Shown here: in pieces, positions 1 to 10,341 of the stretch | How positions within the stretch are numbered: the stretch's first letter is position 1 | How the letters are laid out: each line of letters opens with the position of its first letter | DNA from: Octopus vulgaris | Taxonomy: Eukaryota | DNA: 64,000 bases | Assembly (NCBI GenBank): GCA_951406725.2 | Contig: OX597825.1 | Coordinates: 1,426,001 to 1,490,000, forward strand | Direction of reading: 5' to 3' | Position numbers and translations under genes: made by a program | Notes under the pieces: generated by a model | Told to the model about the DNA's origin: nothing | What the model saw: the letters and a program-made list of their open reading frames with translations, nothing else | Databases searched by the model: none

Positions 1-187
1 TTTTTATGACTGTCAGGAATTTCATCTCTTAAGGTGGAAAATCAAAATTATTGATGTCATCTGTATTTTGATAGTAAAATTCACGATTTTATTGTTTTCT
101 TTGTGTGCGAGTTATAAAGCAGTGGAACATTACATGCAGCGATGTCTGGCAGCTGGAATATTGTGCTGCTACTGTTCTCCGTGATAC

Positions 188-202
188 ATGTGTGTGTGTG
201 TA

Positions 203-236
<34 letters not shown>

Positions 237-363
237 CATATAATAAAACAGACTCCATTGAGGCTGATGTTGGTGTGCACTGGCAAGTTTATTGCACTCA
301 TTTTATCAATTTTATATATATATATATATATACACACATATATATACATTTATATACATATAC

Positions 364-395
<32 letters not shown>

Positions 396-544
396 ACATA
401 TACATATACATATATATACATATATATATATACATATACATATATATACATATATATACATATACATACACATATATATACAAATATATACATATATATA
501 TACATATATATACATATATATATACATATATATACATTTATACA

Positions 545-578
<34 letters not shown>

Positions 579-790
579 CGTATACACATACATACATATA
601 TATATATACATACATATATATATATACATACAAATACATACATATATATATATACATATACATATATATATATACATATATATATATACATATACATATA
701 TATATATATATACATATATACATATATATATATACATATATATATACATATATAAATATATATGTATATATATATATATATATATACGCA
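188..790. repeat. Compound (TG)n/(TA)n/(TACA)n microsatellite tract
   Basis: Directly visible low-complexity TA/TACA array of ~480 bp from 313, preceded by (TG)n(TA)n. Produces the spurious YI/HI/CV ORFs. Confidence 0.97.
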
Positions 791-804
791 CGCACACACA
801 GAGA

Positions 805-960
805 ACAGGCTTCCACACAGTTTCTGTCAACCAAATTCCCTAACAAGGTGCTGGTTGGCCAAGGGTTCATAGTAAAAGGTTTCCTCAAGTTGCTGCAGCA
901 TGGGAGTGAGCCTGGGACTGTGAAGTTGGGAAGCAAATCAACCATGCAACCACACCAATA
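805..960 (-). mobile_element. Degenerate SINE family A copy
   Basis: Reverse complement matches the recurring consensus (tgtggt...ttgcttcccaac...cagtccc...ccttg...ttggtagacagaaact) seen at 46862 and 49605. Confidence 0.7.
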
Positions 961-1500
961 CCTTCAAATGAGAGTTGGCAGATGAACCAGAGAGGTAGCT
1001 CTTGAGGTGAGGGGGTTGGGGTTGAAAAGGGCCACATTAAGGAGACAGAAATTCTTCAGTGATGTATTCCGTTCTGCAATGACTTTAAGTGAAAACGAAC
1101 TTGTCATTTACTTTGTAAATGAATTCTTGTTGTTAATACAGATAAGTTGATTAGTTCATTGACTAAAGTGAATCAGTCTTCTCAAATTTTATTGATGTTT
1201 TTTCTTTTCTTTTTTCCTCTTACACAATAAACTATCTTTGAAAAATATCTCAATTTTAACTTTTAGAATTCATATTGTATCTTAATTATATCATTGTTCC
1301 CAACATCATCAGTTATAATATTTCCTTGGAAACTTTAGCAATATGTCAGACTTCTTGAGATTCAACTTACAAGCTTCCCCTTCCATTCTCTCCCTTCTTT
1401 TCAATCACTCTCTTTTGTGAAGTGTTCAGTGTTATAAGATAACTGAAAAACCTCCTAGTAAGTAGGGGAAAAAAAGGACGGCCTTAATGAAACAAAAATG

Positions 1501-1540
<40 letters not shown>

Positions 1541-2182
1541 CTCAGTGCACTGTGTGTTAGAATAGTTTTATTGAAGCAATAATATAGTTTCAAAAATGAC
1601 TTTTCAAATTTTAAAATCAATAATATTTGTCATTCCTACTTCTTAAAAACAATTTCTTTTTTCTTGGCATTGTTTAAGAATTATTATTATTTTTTTTTTC
1701 CCCCTTGAACATAATCTATGAATCATTTTATTTTCCTTGTTCATAATCTATAAATTATTTTATATTCTCTGTTCATAAACATTAAAAGTATAACAATAAT
1801 CGTTATATATATGTTTTTCATTTTTAATACCCCCCCCCCCACCAAAATAAATGGAATAAAGAAATATGTTTTGTGATATAGCAAAAGTTTCTCAAACTTC
1901 AGATAAACTATTTTATGAATAAAAGTGAAAAAAAAGGGAAAATTCTATTTTGTCCACTAAAGCATAGTAGACCTGTAAATAAAGCGATAGAGAAATATTT
2001 ACAACTACTGTTGGTATCTGGTTAATTTTTTTCACAAGTTTATTTTATAAAGGGCTGTTTTCAGGAACGACTTCTCTTCAAACTGATATTTGAAAATAAA
2101 ATGTTCGTAAATTATAGTAAAATCTATATTTTGTGTTATTTTTAAAACATGTGGTTTTATAAGTATCTAAGAGAAATATACA

Positions 2183-2612
2183 GAGGTGTAAGCATGGCTT
2201 TGTGGTTGAGAAATTTGCTTCCTAACCATGAGGTTTTAGGTTCAGTCCCATCACATGGAACCTTGGGGTAATGTCATCTACTATAGCTCTGTGCTGACCA
2301 AATCCATATGAATTGATTTGGTAGTTTGGTAGATATACAGTAAAAGAGGACCATTGTGTGTGTGTGTGTGTGCATGCATATTTGTCTGCTTGTTTTGACA
2401 TCAGTTGATAGTTATTTGTGAAGGAGTGTTACTGTCAAAGAAGTAGTATTCGTCAATTCCAATATTTTGCAAAAAACGTGTCCGGCCAGGTGGAAATTCC
2501 AGTTTGCTTGGGAACAGGTAAGGGCAACTAGCCATAGAAAAATGTGCCTAAATAAATTCTGGCTGACCCATGTGAGCATGAAAAAGGTGCATGCTAAAAC
2601 GACAATGACGAT
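2183..2612 (+). mobile_element. SINE family A, long form with RTE-like 3' tail
   Basis: tRNA-like head (ggctttgtggttgagaa...ggttcagtccc, B-box-like), internal (TG)n, and a 3' end gacccatgtgagcatgaaaaaggtgcatgctaaaacgacaatgacgatg resembling the RTE 3' terminus at 9733-9785. Confidence 0.75.
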
Positions 2613-3339
2613 GTCTGTGTGTGCTTGTGTATAACATATGCACGAGTGTTTGCATTTGTGATTGTTTCTATGAAAGCAAAGCAGCAGGTGTTGTTGTCAA
2701 TAAATCCCCCAAAGAATTCATGCCTTTGAAGCAGTATTGATTAAGAGGAATAAATGCTCCCTAACTTGAAAAACAGGTGAGGGCATCTGGCTGTAAAACA
2801 ATGCCACAAATAGAATGGTCATTCAACATGGCTAACTATAGAGATACAGGAACAAAACTAACAAAGGAATGCATACATCTCTCTCTATATATATCTATTT
2901 ATCTATCTATCTATCTATATCTATGTATCTATCTCTTTCCCTTTATACATGTTCTCTCTCACTATATATGCATGTGTGCAAGTATGTATATATATATATA
3001 TATGTGTATATATGTGTGTGTATGTGAATGTGCATACATGTGTTAGTGAGCATGCTTTTGGGTGTGTGTGTGTTCTTTTTTTAGATATGTGACTGCATGT
3101 GTGAGAGTGTAATGGTATGTGTTGTTGTTAGTTTCCCCTGGCAACCAAAAGTGCAGATACTTTGTACCTTCGAAGTCATATGGAAGAAGCGATCTCTTTA
3201 ACACAGGCTGTAAAAGAATGCCTCAAGTAGTACTCAGCCAGTTTGTGTAAGCGTGGCAAAACAGACAGGAAGCAAATAAACAAATATGTGCGCGCGCATG
3301 TGTGTGTGTGTGTGATATGATCAATGTTTTAACATCTAC

Positions 3340-3772
3340 TTTTCCAGATAGATAGATACTTTTCCATGCCTACATATGTCAAATGGAACTTGTTGAGGCA
3401 GATTTTCTACAACAGGGTGCCTCACCTGTCACCAACCCTTACCTGTTTCCAAGTAAGGTGATATTTCCATGAAAATTTGCTAATAAAAGTCAACACTTTT
3501 ATGACAATGATACTTGTTTACAACTATCATGTAATGTCAAAGCAAGGACACAGTTAACATGCACACATACAGATACACATGCACACACACATGCTCACAC
3601 ACACACATACATGACGGGTTTCTTTCAGTTTCCATCTGCCAAATTCACTCACAAGGCCTTGGTTAACCTGACACTATTGTAGAAGATAATTACCCAAGAA
3701 GACAAGAAGTACGACTAAACCTGGAAATATACAGTTAACATGTGAACTTCTTACCACACAGCCACACCTGTA
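3340..3772 (-). mobile_element. SINE family A, long form
   Basis: Head at 3614-3772 (cttaccacacagccacacctg; tttcagtttccatctgccaaattcactcacaaggc) and tail segment 3340-3560 (tttccatgc..., ccttacctgtttccaagt) in reverse orientation. Confidence 0.7.
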
Positions 3773-3773
3773 C

Positions 3774-3774
3774 C

Positions 3775-3818
<44 letters not shown>

Positions 3819-4198
3819 AAGCTGAAGTTGTCTGTGTATGGCAGGTTTGGTAGCCTTCAACTAACACTATCTCCTCCAAGACCCTGCAGCGCAAGTTGAC
3901 CAAAATTGAAAGTATGATAGAAGAAGGGTTGCTCTTCCTTCCGTAGAAGAAAAAATTCAAATCGGATCATGTGAACACCAAAAACTATTTACATCAAAAA
4001 AGTGCTTTTTTTCTATGAAAATCCTTATTTTTTTACGATTTTTTTACTGCTGTGTCGCCATTTTTTCGGTGTATTTGAACCAGAAAAATGTTCACTTAAA
4101 GAGAATAACAAGCTACATAATGCAAAATTTTTACCATTCAAAAATTCTAATTCTAAAGGGTCGAAACAAACCCGAGCAATGCCGGGTGATACTGCTAG
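3774..4198 (+). mobile_element. Non-autonomous Helitron
   Basis: GC-rich subterminal hairpin acccgagcaatgccgggt (4170-4187) followed by CTAG (4195-4198) and then T, the typical Helitron 3' end. The 5' end begins with ctatata(TA)n-aaagctgaagttgtc. No TIR or TSD. Confidence 0.75.
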
Positions 4199-4238
<40 letters not shown>

Positions 4239-5294
4239 TATGTTTCTTTACCACAGAACCTGATGTTTCAACTCCCTTTTTTTAGAGTGGATGCTTGTCA
4301 TTATTAGAAGTGAGATTTAAACATATTGTTAAAAAAAAGTGGTGCAAAAAGGCAGTTTGAAATAGAAGGGACCAGAACAAGAGAAAAAGAAGATAAAAGG
4401 GGTGGGTGGAGAAGAAGGATGAAGGGGAAAATGTCAAAGAAGATGGGAATGAAAGAGGAAGGGAAACTGGAGGAAGAAAATATGGTAGGGAGTTTATGAA
4501 AACAAGAAAGCAGAAGGGTTGGAGACTGAACAAAAGAGACGGAGTACCCAGGAAATGTAAGAAGACAAACCATTTCCTTTAGAATTACTTGATTTTCGTT
4601 TTTTAACATCTCACAGTGTCCTTTATCATTGTCTGTCTTTCTTTGCAATGTCTTATAAATCTCTTTGAATATCCAGCTATCACCACCTTCCTCCACCTTC
4701 CTCTCTCTCTTTCTATCTTTTCATCCACTTCAACCTCCCTCCCCCCACTCTCAAGCCTCAATCTCCTTCACCTCTTTCTCCTCTCACTCAAGCTTTCTTG
4801 TGTCTCATGCTTCATTTTATGCCATCTTCTGTTATTTCTTTCATCTCATCTACCTACTATATTCTTATATCTAAATCAATATTATTATTTTATGCTACAG
4901 TGCACACTGGACCACTCTTTCAGCAGCATGTCACTTTTTTTTTTTGCTTTTGCAAGCCCATAACTTGACCCCACCCCCACCCCCAGTTTCTGAGAAAGAG
5001 GAAAGAACTGATCCTGGTAATTATCAACCCAAGTAGATAACAGACATTAGCAATCTCATTAGCATTTGAACTTAACAGAGCAGCAAACCTAAAGAAATAT
5101 CACAAGGCAAAGAAGTCTCTGCAAATTTTGATTCTACTCCATTACAAATATAAAATCAAATCAGTGGGAATGCAGGGTAATTATAGTTGCCTGGCGAAGA
5201 AGCTTGCTTTGCAACCATGTGATATCAGGTTCAATTCCATGGTACAACAACTTGAGTGTCTGTTACTATAGCCCCAGATTGACCAATATCTATA

Positions 5295-5476
5295 TTTTTT
5301 TTTGCTACCCACAAGGGGCTAAACAGAGAGGGGACAAACAAGGACAGACAAACGGATTAAGTCGATTATATCAACCCCAGTGCATAAATGGTACTTATTT
5401 AATCAACCCTGAAAGGATGAAAGGCAAAGTCGACCTTGGCAGAATTTGAACTCAGAACGTAGCGGCAGACGAAATA
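5295..5476 (-). mobile_element. SINE family B (central domain resembling the Meta domain)
   Basis: Reverse complement reads gttctgagttcaaattctgccaaggtcgactttgcctttcatcctttcagggttgattaaataagtacc, then a tail tttgtctgtccttgtttgtcccctc...agccccttgtggg-polyA that recurs at 33230-33290. Confidence 0.8.
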
Positions 5477-5477
5477 T

Positions 5478-5860
5478 TCCTCACTCAAAATTCGTTGGTA
5501 GGAACTCCAGGACACACCAGTCATGTCAACAAGTTTGTCAATTGTTCAGTGATGGTCTTCCAAGATCAGTTCATGAATTTTCATGATGTTTTTATTCATT
5601 TGGGCTGTCACTGGTCACCCTGAACAAGACTGGTTTTCAAGTGACAAGTGACCATTCCTGAAGTGTGAAAACCACTTGTAAACTTTTGTTTTTCTCGTAG
5701 CAATGTCCTTGTAAACTGTTTGAAGCATGAGAACTGTTTCGGTCACTGTTTTTCCCCAACAGAAAACAATTTCACAGAAGCATGCTGTTTTTTTTTTTCA
5801 GCCATCGCAAAAATTGACAAACAGGGGAGAAGCACTGCAAAACAAAGATGCACCACATGG
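5478..5860 (-). mobile_element. Decayed mariner transposase fragment (N-terminal HTH region)
   Basis: Manual minus-strand translation with stops/shifts: ...TETVLMLQTVYKDIATRKTKVYKWFSHFRNGHLSLENQSCSG*P...KIHELILEDHH*TIDKLVDMTGVSWSSYQRILSE, matching the mariner HTH and R/SGRP linker. Confidence 0.8.
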
Positions 5861-6584
5861 CAGTACAACCTCACCTGATGGTGTCATTGGGCAGACTTAT
5901 GCCTGAGGATTGCATCAAGTGGCTTCTAGTGGCAGAAGCCCAAACTACAACGGGTTTGTCCCACAGAGAATGTTTTCAATTAATTTTGGATAAGCAGACG
6001 TTAAACGATGATGATGATGATGATGATATAGTTATGCATGTATGCAAATATATACATACATATGAACATGTGTGTGTATATATATATATATACATATGTG
6101 TGTGTTTGTATGAATGTGTGCTTATGAGTATACACACACACACACACACGTGTGTACAAAAACATTTAAGTCAATAAATATATAAATATATAAATGTGTG
6201 TTTGTGTATGCATGTATATGTGTAAATACATGTACATATATGCATACATATACATACGTAGGCACACATTTACATACATATTAATACATACACATATATG
6301 TATAATATATATGCACATACACACACATATATATATATATATAAGCACACTCTCAGGATTTATTATACTGATACCAGTAATACCAACGGCAAAGATGTGC
6401 GCTGCTGATAACCTTTATGTGAAAGATGAAACATTTGGATTGGATGAAACCATTAAGGGATTATGGCATTCGTTTCCCTCATTTTTCAAGAACCATGTCC
6501 AAGAAACAGAAAAAGGGTGCAGAAGGATAAGCATTGTGGGGGCCACCCATTTTAATCATAAACATATACACATGTGTGCTTGCT

Positions 6585-6632
<48 letters not shown>

Positions 6633-6851
6633 TACACACATACATACACACATATACATACACACATATATACACACATACATCTTCACATTAAGCACAG
6701 ACATGCACATCCACAGAACCTATGTCTTAAAAGATTAAACATTACAGTTGATTTTTTTTTTCCCGTTCAGTTCTACATATCTACTTTACACTTTACATTG
6801 AAATACACAAAAATCTAAACGCATTCTACACAAATATCATTTTCCTCATAG

Positions 6852-6912
6852 AGCAGACAATATCTTGCCAGCTATGACAGGCCCTATACCACTTGAAGAT
6901 CATTCAGAATAA
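6852..6912 (+). CDS. Speculative terminal coding exon of an unknown gene
   Basis: Pyrimidine tract and TAG acceptor (tcattttcctcatag), non-repetitive ADNILPAMTGPIPLEDHSE ending in TAA TAA TAG, then AU-rich sequence with AATAAA at ~7340-7349. No homology recognised. Confidence 0.25.
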
Positions 6913-7059
6913 TAATAGAGAGTAATGTAACTTTTTGCAGTAAGAACATACATTAGCATTGGACACATTACGTTAATGTACATTTTCAATAGGAATCTAT
7001 TGAAAATAACTTATTGATTTTCAATGTTATTTTGTCTGCTTATAATCTTCTAAATATTT

Positions 7060-7090
<31 letters not shown>

Positions 7091-7601
7091 GCATATATAT
7101 ATATATATGCATGTATGTATTCTACTACTGATTTTTTTCTTTTTTTTCTTCTTCTTCTTTTTCTCCTTCTTCTTCATCTTTATCCGTAACTTTTCTCTTC
7201 CTTAATATGTTTTAAGAAAGTTACAGATTTATATACTTTGGCCTTTTCAAAAACATATGTCCTGCAGCTAGTTTTTGTTTCATTTTTGTTCATCATAAAA
7301 TATTACAAGAAAGAAAAAAAAACATATAAATATATAAATAATAAATAAAAATAATAAATGAAAATTATGTTCCTTTGAATTTTTCCACTTTTTTATTATT
7401 TCTTTTAAAATGATATGAAGCTAAGTAAAATGCTTACAACTTCTACAAACAAATTTGATGTTTCTCTCATATTAAATAATGAGATGATCTAAAAATCAAC
7501 ATTTATTTTTAAAGAAATCTTTCATACAATGCAAAACCTTTTCTACATAAAAACATCTTTAATCTATTTTTTAAAAAAATGTATTTTTTTCAAGCTTATG
7601 C

Positions 7602-7655
<54 letters not shown>

Positions 7656-8078
7656 GTGCGTGTGTGTGTATGTGCCTGATATCGTGATGTGTGGGTGGAT
7701 GTGTGTATACACTTATATACATATATGTATATATATGTATGCATGCAAACACAGATATATAGTGGTTGGTATGGATTTATATATACATATGTATGTGTGC
7801 ATATATATATATATATATATACACATATAACATACATAAAGATGTGTGTATATACACATATAACATACATAAAGATAGGTTACAAACTCAAACATACACA
7901 CGTGTATATGTATATAAATTATATATACATATCAATATGTACATGTGATTCATGAGTGGGTGGACATGTGAATAGATACATACAAGTTTATGTACACACA
8001 CACACACATGCATATATATAAATAACAAACATACAAATGCACATGTATATATATATATATATTACTGACACATACATG

Positions 8079-8128
<50 letters not shown>

Positions 8129-8145
8129 CATATATATATATCTCA

Positions 8146-8299
8146 GAGTGGTTAGCATTAGGAAGGGCATCCAGATGTAGAAACCTTACCAGATCAGATT
8201 GGAGCCTGGTGTAGCCTCCTGGCTTGCCAGTCCTCAGTCAAACTGTCCAACCCACGCCAGCAGGGAAAATGGATCTTAAGAGATGATGATGATGATGAT

Positions 8300-8300
<1 letters not shown>
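8146..8300 (+). mobile_element. Short RTE 3'-end fragment with (GAT)n tail
   Basis: gagtggttagcattaggaagggcatccag...ccaacccacgccagcagggaaaatgga...gatgatgatgat is the reverse complement of the 3' UTR of the LINE at 9733-9890. Confidence 0.85.
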
Positions 8301-8351
<51 letters not shown>

Positions 8352-8408
8352 TGGAAGGTTTGGAGATGATGTACAGGTATTATATATTAGAAAAAATTTT
8401 TCCTAATA

Positions 8409-8455
<47 letters not shown>

Positions 8456-8674
8456 AAATGAGTACCAAAGATGTTCAGGTTTCAATTGCTTACAGCTGTT
8501 TCAAGCAGCTCCTGCACACATGGCAGGAATATCAGGTAGAAACACCCCTGCACGGAGTCTTGATATCCAATATTTAATTAATATTGTTTGGCTGTGTGGA
8601 TTATACCGACCTAGCAAAATGTCTCAATTTAAGTGCCTACTTCAACAGTATCATCATCATCTTATATTATATCA

Positions 8675-9363
8675 TCATCATCATCATTTAGCGTCCGCTT
8701 TCCATGCTAGCATGGGTTGGACGGGTGGACTGGGTCAACTGGAAGGCTTCGTCAGGCCCAGTCAGATCTGGCAGTGTTTCTATGGCTGGATGCCCTTCCT
8801 AACGCCAACCACTCCGCAAGTGTAGTGGGTGTTTTTTACGTGCCACCTGCACAGGTGCCAGACAGAGCTGGCGAACGGCCACGAACGGATGGTGCGTTTA
8901 CGTGTCACCGGCATGGGGCCAGGCAATGCTGGCAACGGACACGAACGGATGGTGCTTTTACGTGCCACCGACACGGGGCCAGACAGAGCTGGCAAACGGC
9001 CACGAACGGACGGTGCTTTTACGTGTCACCGGCACGGGGGCCAGCCGAGGCTGGCAACGGACGCGAACGGATGGTATTTTACGTGCCACCGACAAGGTTG
9101 CCAGACAGAGCTGGCAAACGGCCACGAACGGACGGTGCTTTTACGTGTCACCGGCACGGGGGCCAGCCGAAGCTGGCAACGGACACGAACGGATGGTGCT
9201 TTTATGTGCCACCGACACGGGGCCAGAGAGAGCTGGCAAACAGCCATGAACGGATGGTGCTTTTACGTGCCACCGACACGGGGCAGGACAGAGCTGGCAA
9301 ACGGTCACAAACGGACGGTGCTTTTACGTGTCACCGGCACGGGGCCAGGCGAGGCTGGCAACA
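8675..9363 (-). mobile_element. RTE 3' UTR fragment with expanded minisatellite
   Basis: 8675-8835 closely matches 9733-9905, including the (CAT)n tail on the plus strand, and is followed by the tandem array. Confidence 0.9.
8834..9362. repeat. GC-rich minisatellite, ~8.6 units of 60-62 bp with alternating A/B variants
   Basis: The unit anchor recurs at 8838, 8900, 8960, 9021, 9081, 9143, 9204, 9265 and 9326. Units contain gccag-N6-ctggc and acgaacggatggtgctttt. Confidence 0.95.
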
Positions 9364-9581
9364 CACATTAAATACATACATCACTACACACACATGTATA
9401 TAGACACTAAATTTTATAGAGATTGGTGGATTAGGAGCAAAATGGAAGTCTGCGACACCCAGATGCTCTAGGCTTGATGGCTATAAAATTTAAGAACAAA
9501 CTTATACCCCATGACACACAATATGCAGGTATGTATAGGTATCTATCTATCTATCTATCTATCTCTGTTTAGAAGAAGGTG

Positions 9582-9613
<32 letters not shown>

Positions 9614-10061
9614 CTATATGCATATAAATATACACACATACAAACATAGAAATATAAGCATGTGTAGTATGTGCATGAGTATATCTGTATGTATGTATAT
9701 ACACATATCTATCTATCTATATATATATATATATCATCATCATCATCATCGTTTAGCGTCCGTTTTCCATGCTAGCATGGGTTGGACGGTTCTACTGGGG
9801 TCTGTGAAGCCAGAAGGCTTCATCAGGCCCAGTCAAATCTGGCAGTGTTTCTACGGCTGGATGCCCTTCCTAACGCCAACCACTCCGTGAGTGTAGTGGG
9901 TGCTTTTTACGTGCCACCCGCACTGGTGCCAGACAGAGCTGGCAAACGGCCACGAACGGATGGTGCTTTTTATGTGCCACCGGCACGAGGGCCAGGCGAG
10001 GCTGGCAACGGACACGAAACGGGGCGGTGCTGGCAACGGTCGCGAAACGGAAAGTTCTCTT

Positions 10062-10271
10062 ACATGCCACCGGCACTGGTAACACATCTGCAATTTCCAT
10101 TGATCGATTTCCATTGATCGATTTCGATTCTGATTCTCACTTGCCTCAACGGGTCTTCACAAGCAGAGTTTTGACATGCCACCGGCACTGGTAGCACATC
10201 CGCAATTTCCATTGATCGATTTCGATTCTGATCCTCACTTGCCTCAACACGTCTTCACAAGTAGAGTTTTG
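10062..10271. repeat. ~98-bp tandem duplication in the RTE 3' UTR
   Basis: acatgccaccggcactggt...cacaag(c/t)agagttttg occurs at 10062-10173 and 10174-10271. The first copy has an extra internal 14-bp duplication (tttccattgatcga). Confidence 0.9.
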
Positions 10272-10341
10272 TGTCCCAAGAAGGGAAGGTATGCATACGT
10301 AGGCCGGCTCCATCCCATGTAGAAGGCCATGGGTTATGGAC

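Noticed and set aside
89-985. Long overlapping ORFs rich in Y/I/H/T/C/V (also at 7560-8170, 37165-37740, 40750-41150 and 61460-62060)
   Set aside because: They are translations of TA/CA/TACA microsatellites, which lack stop codons in several frames.
8834-9362. CRISPR-like appearance of regularly spaced palindromic repeats
   Set aside because: Whole units repeat with no unique spacers, there are no cas genes, the context is eukaryotic, and the same units occur in the RTE 3' UTR.
8717-9403. 228-aa and 180-aa repetitive ORFs
   Set aside because: Products of the GC-rich tandem array, antisense to the LINE UTR; the same peptides cycle through frames.
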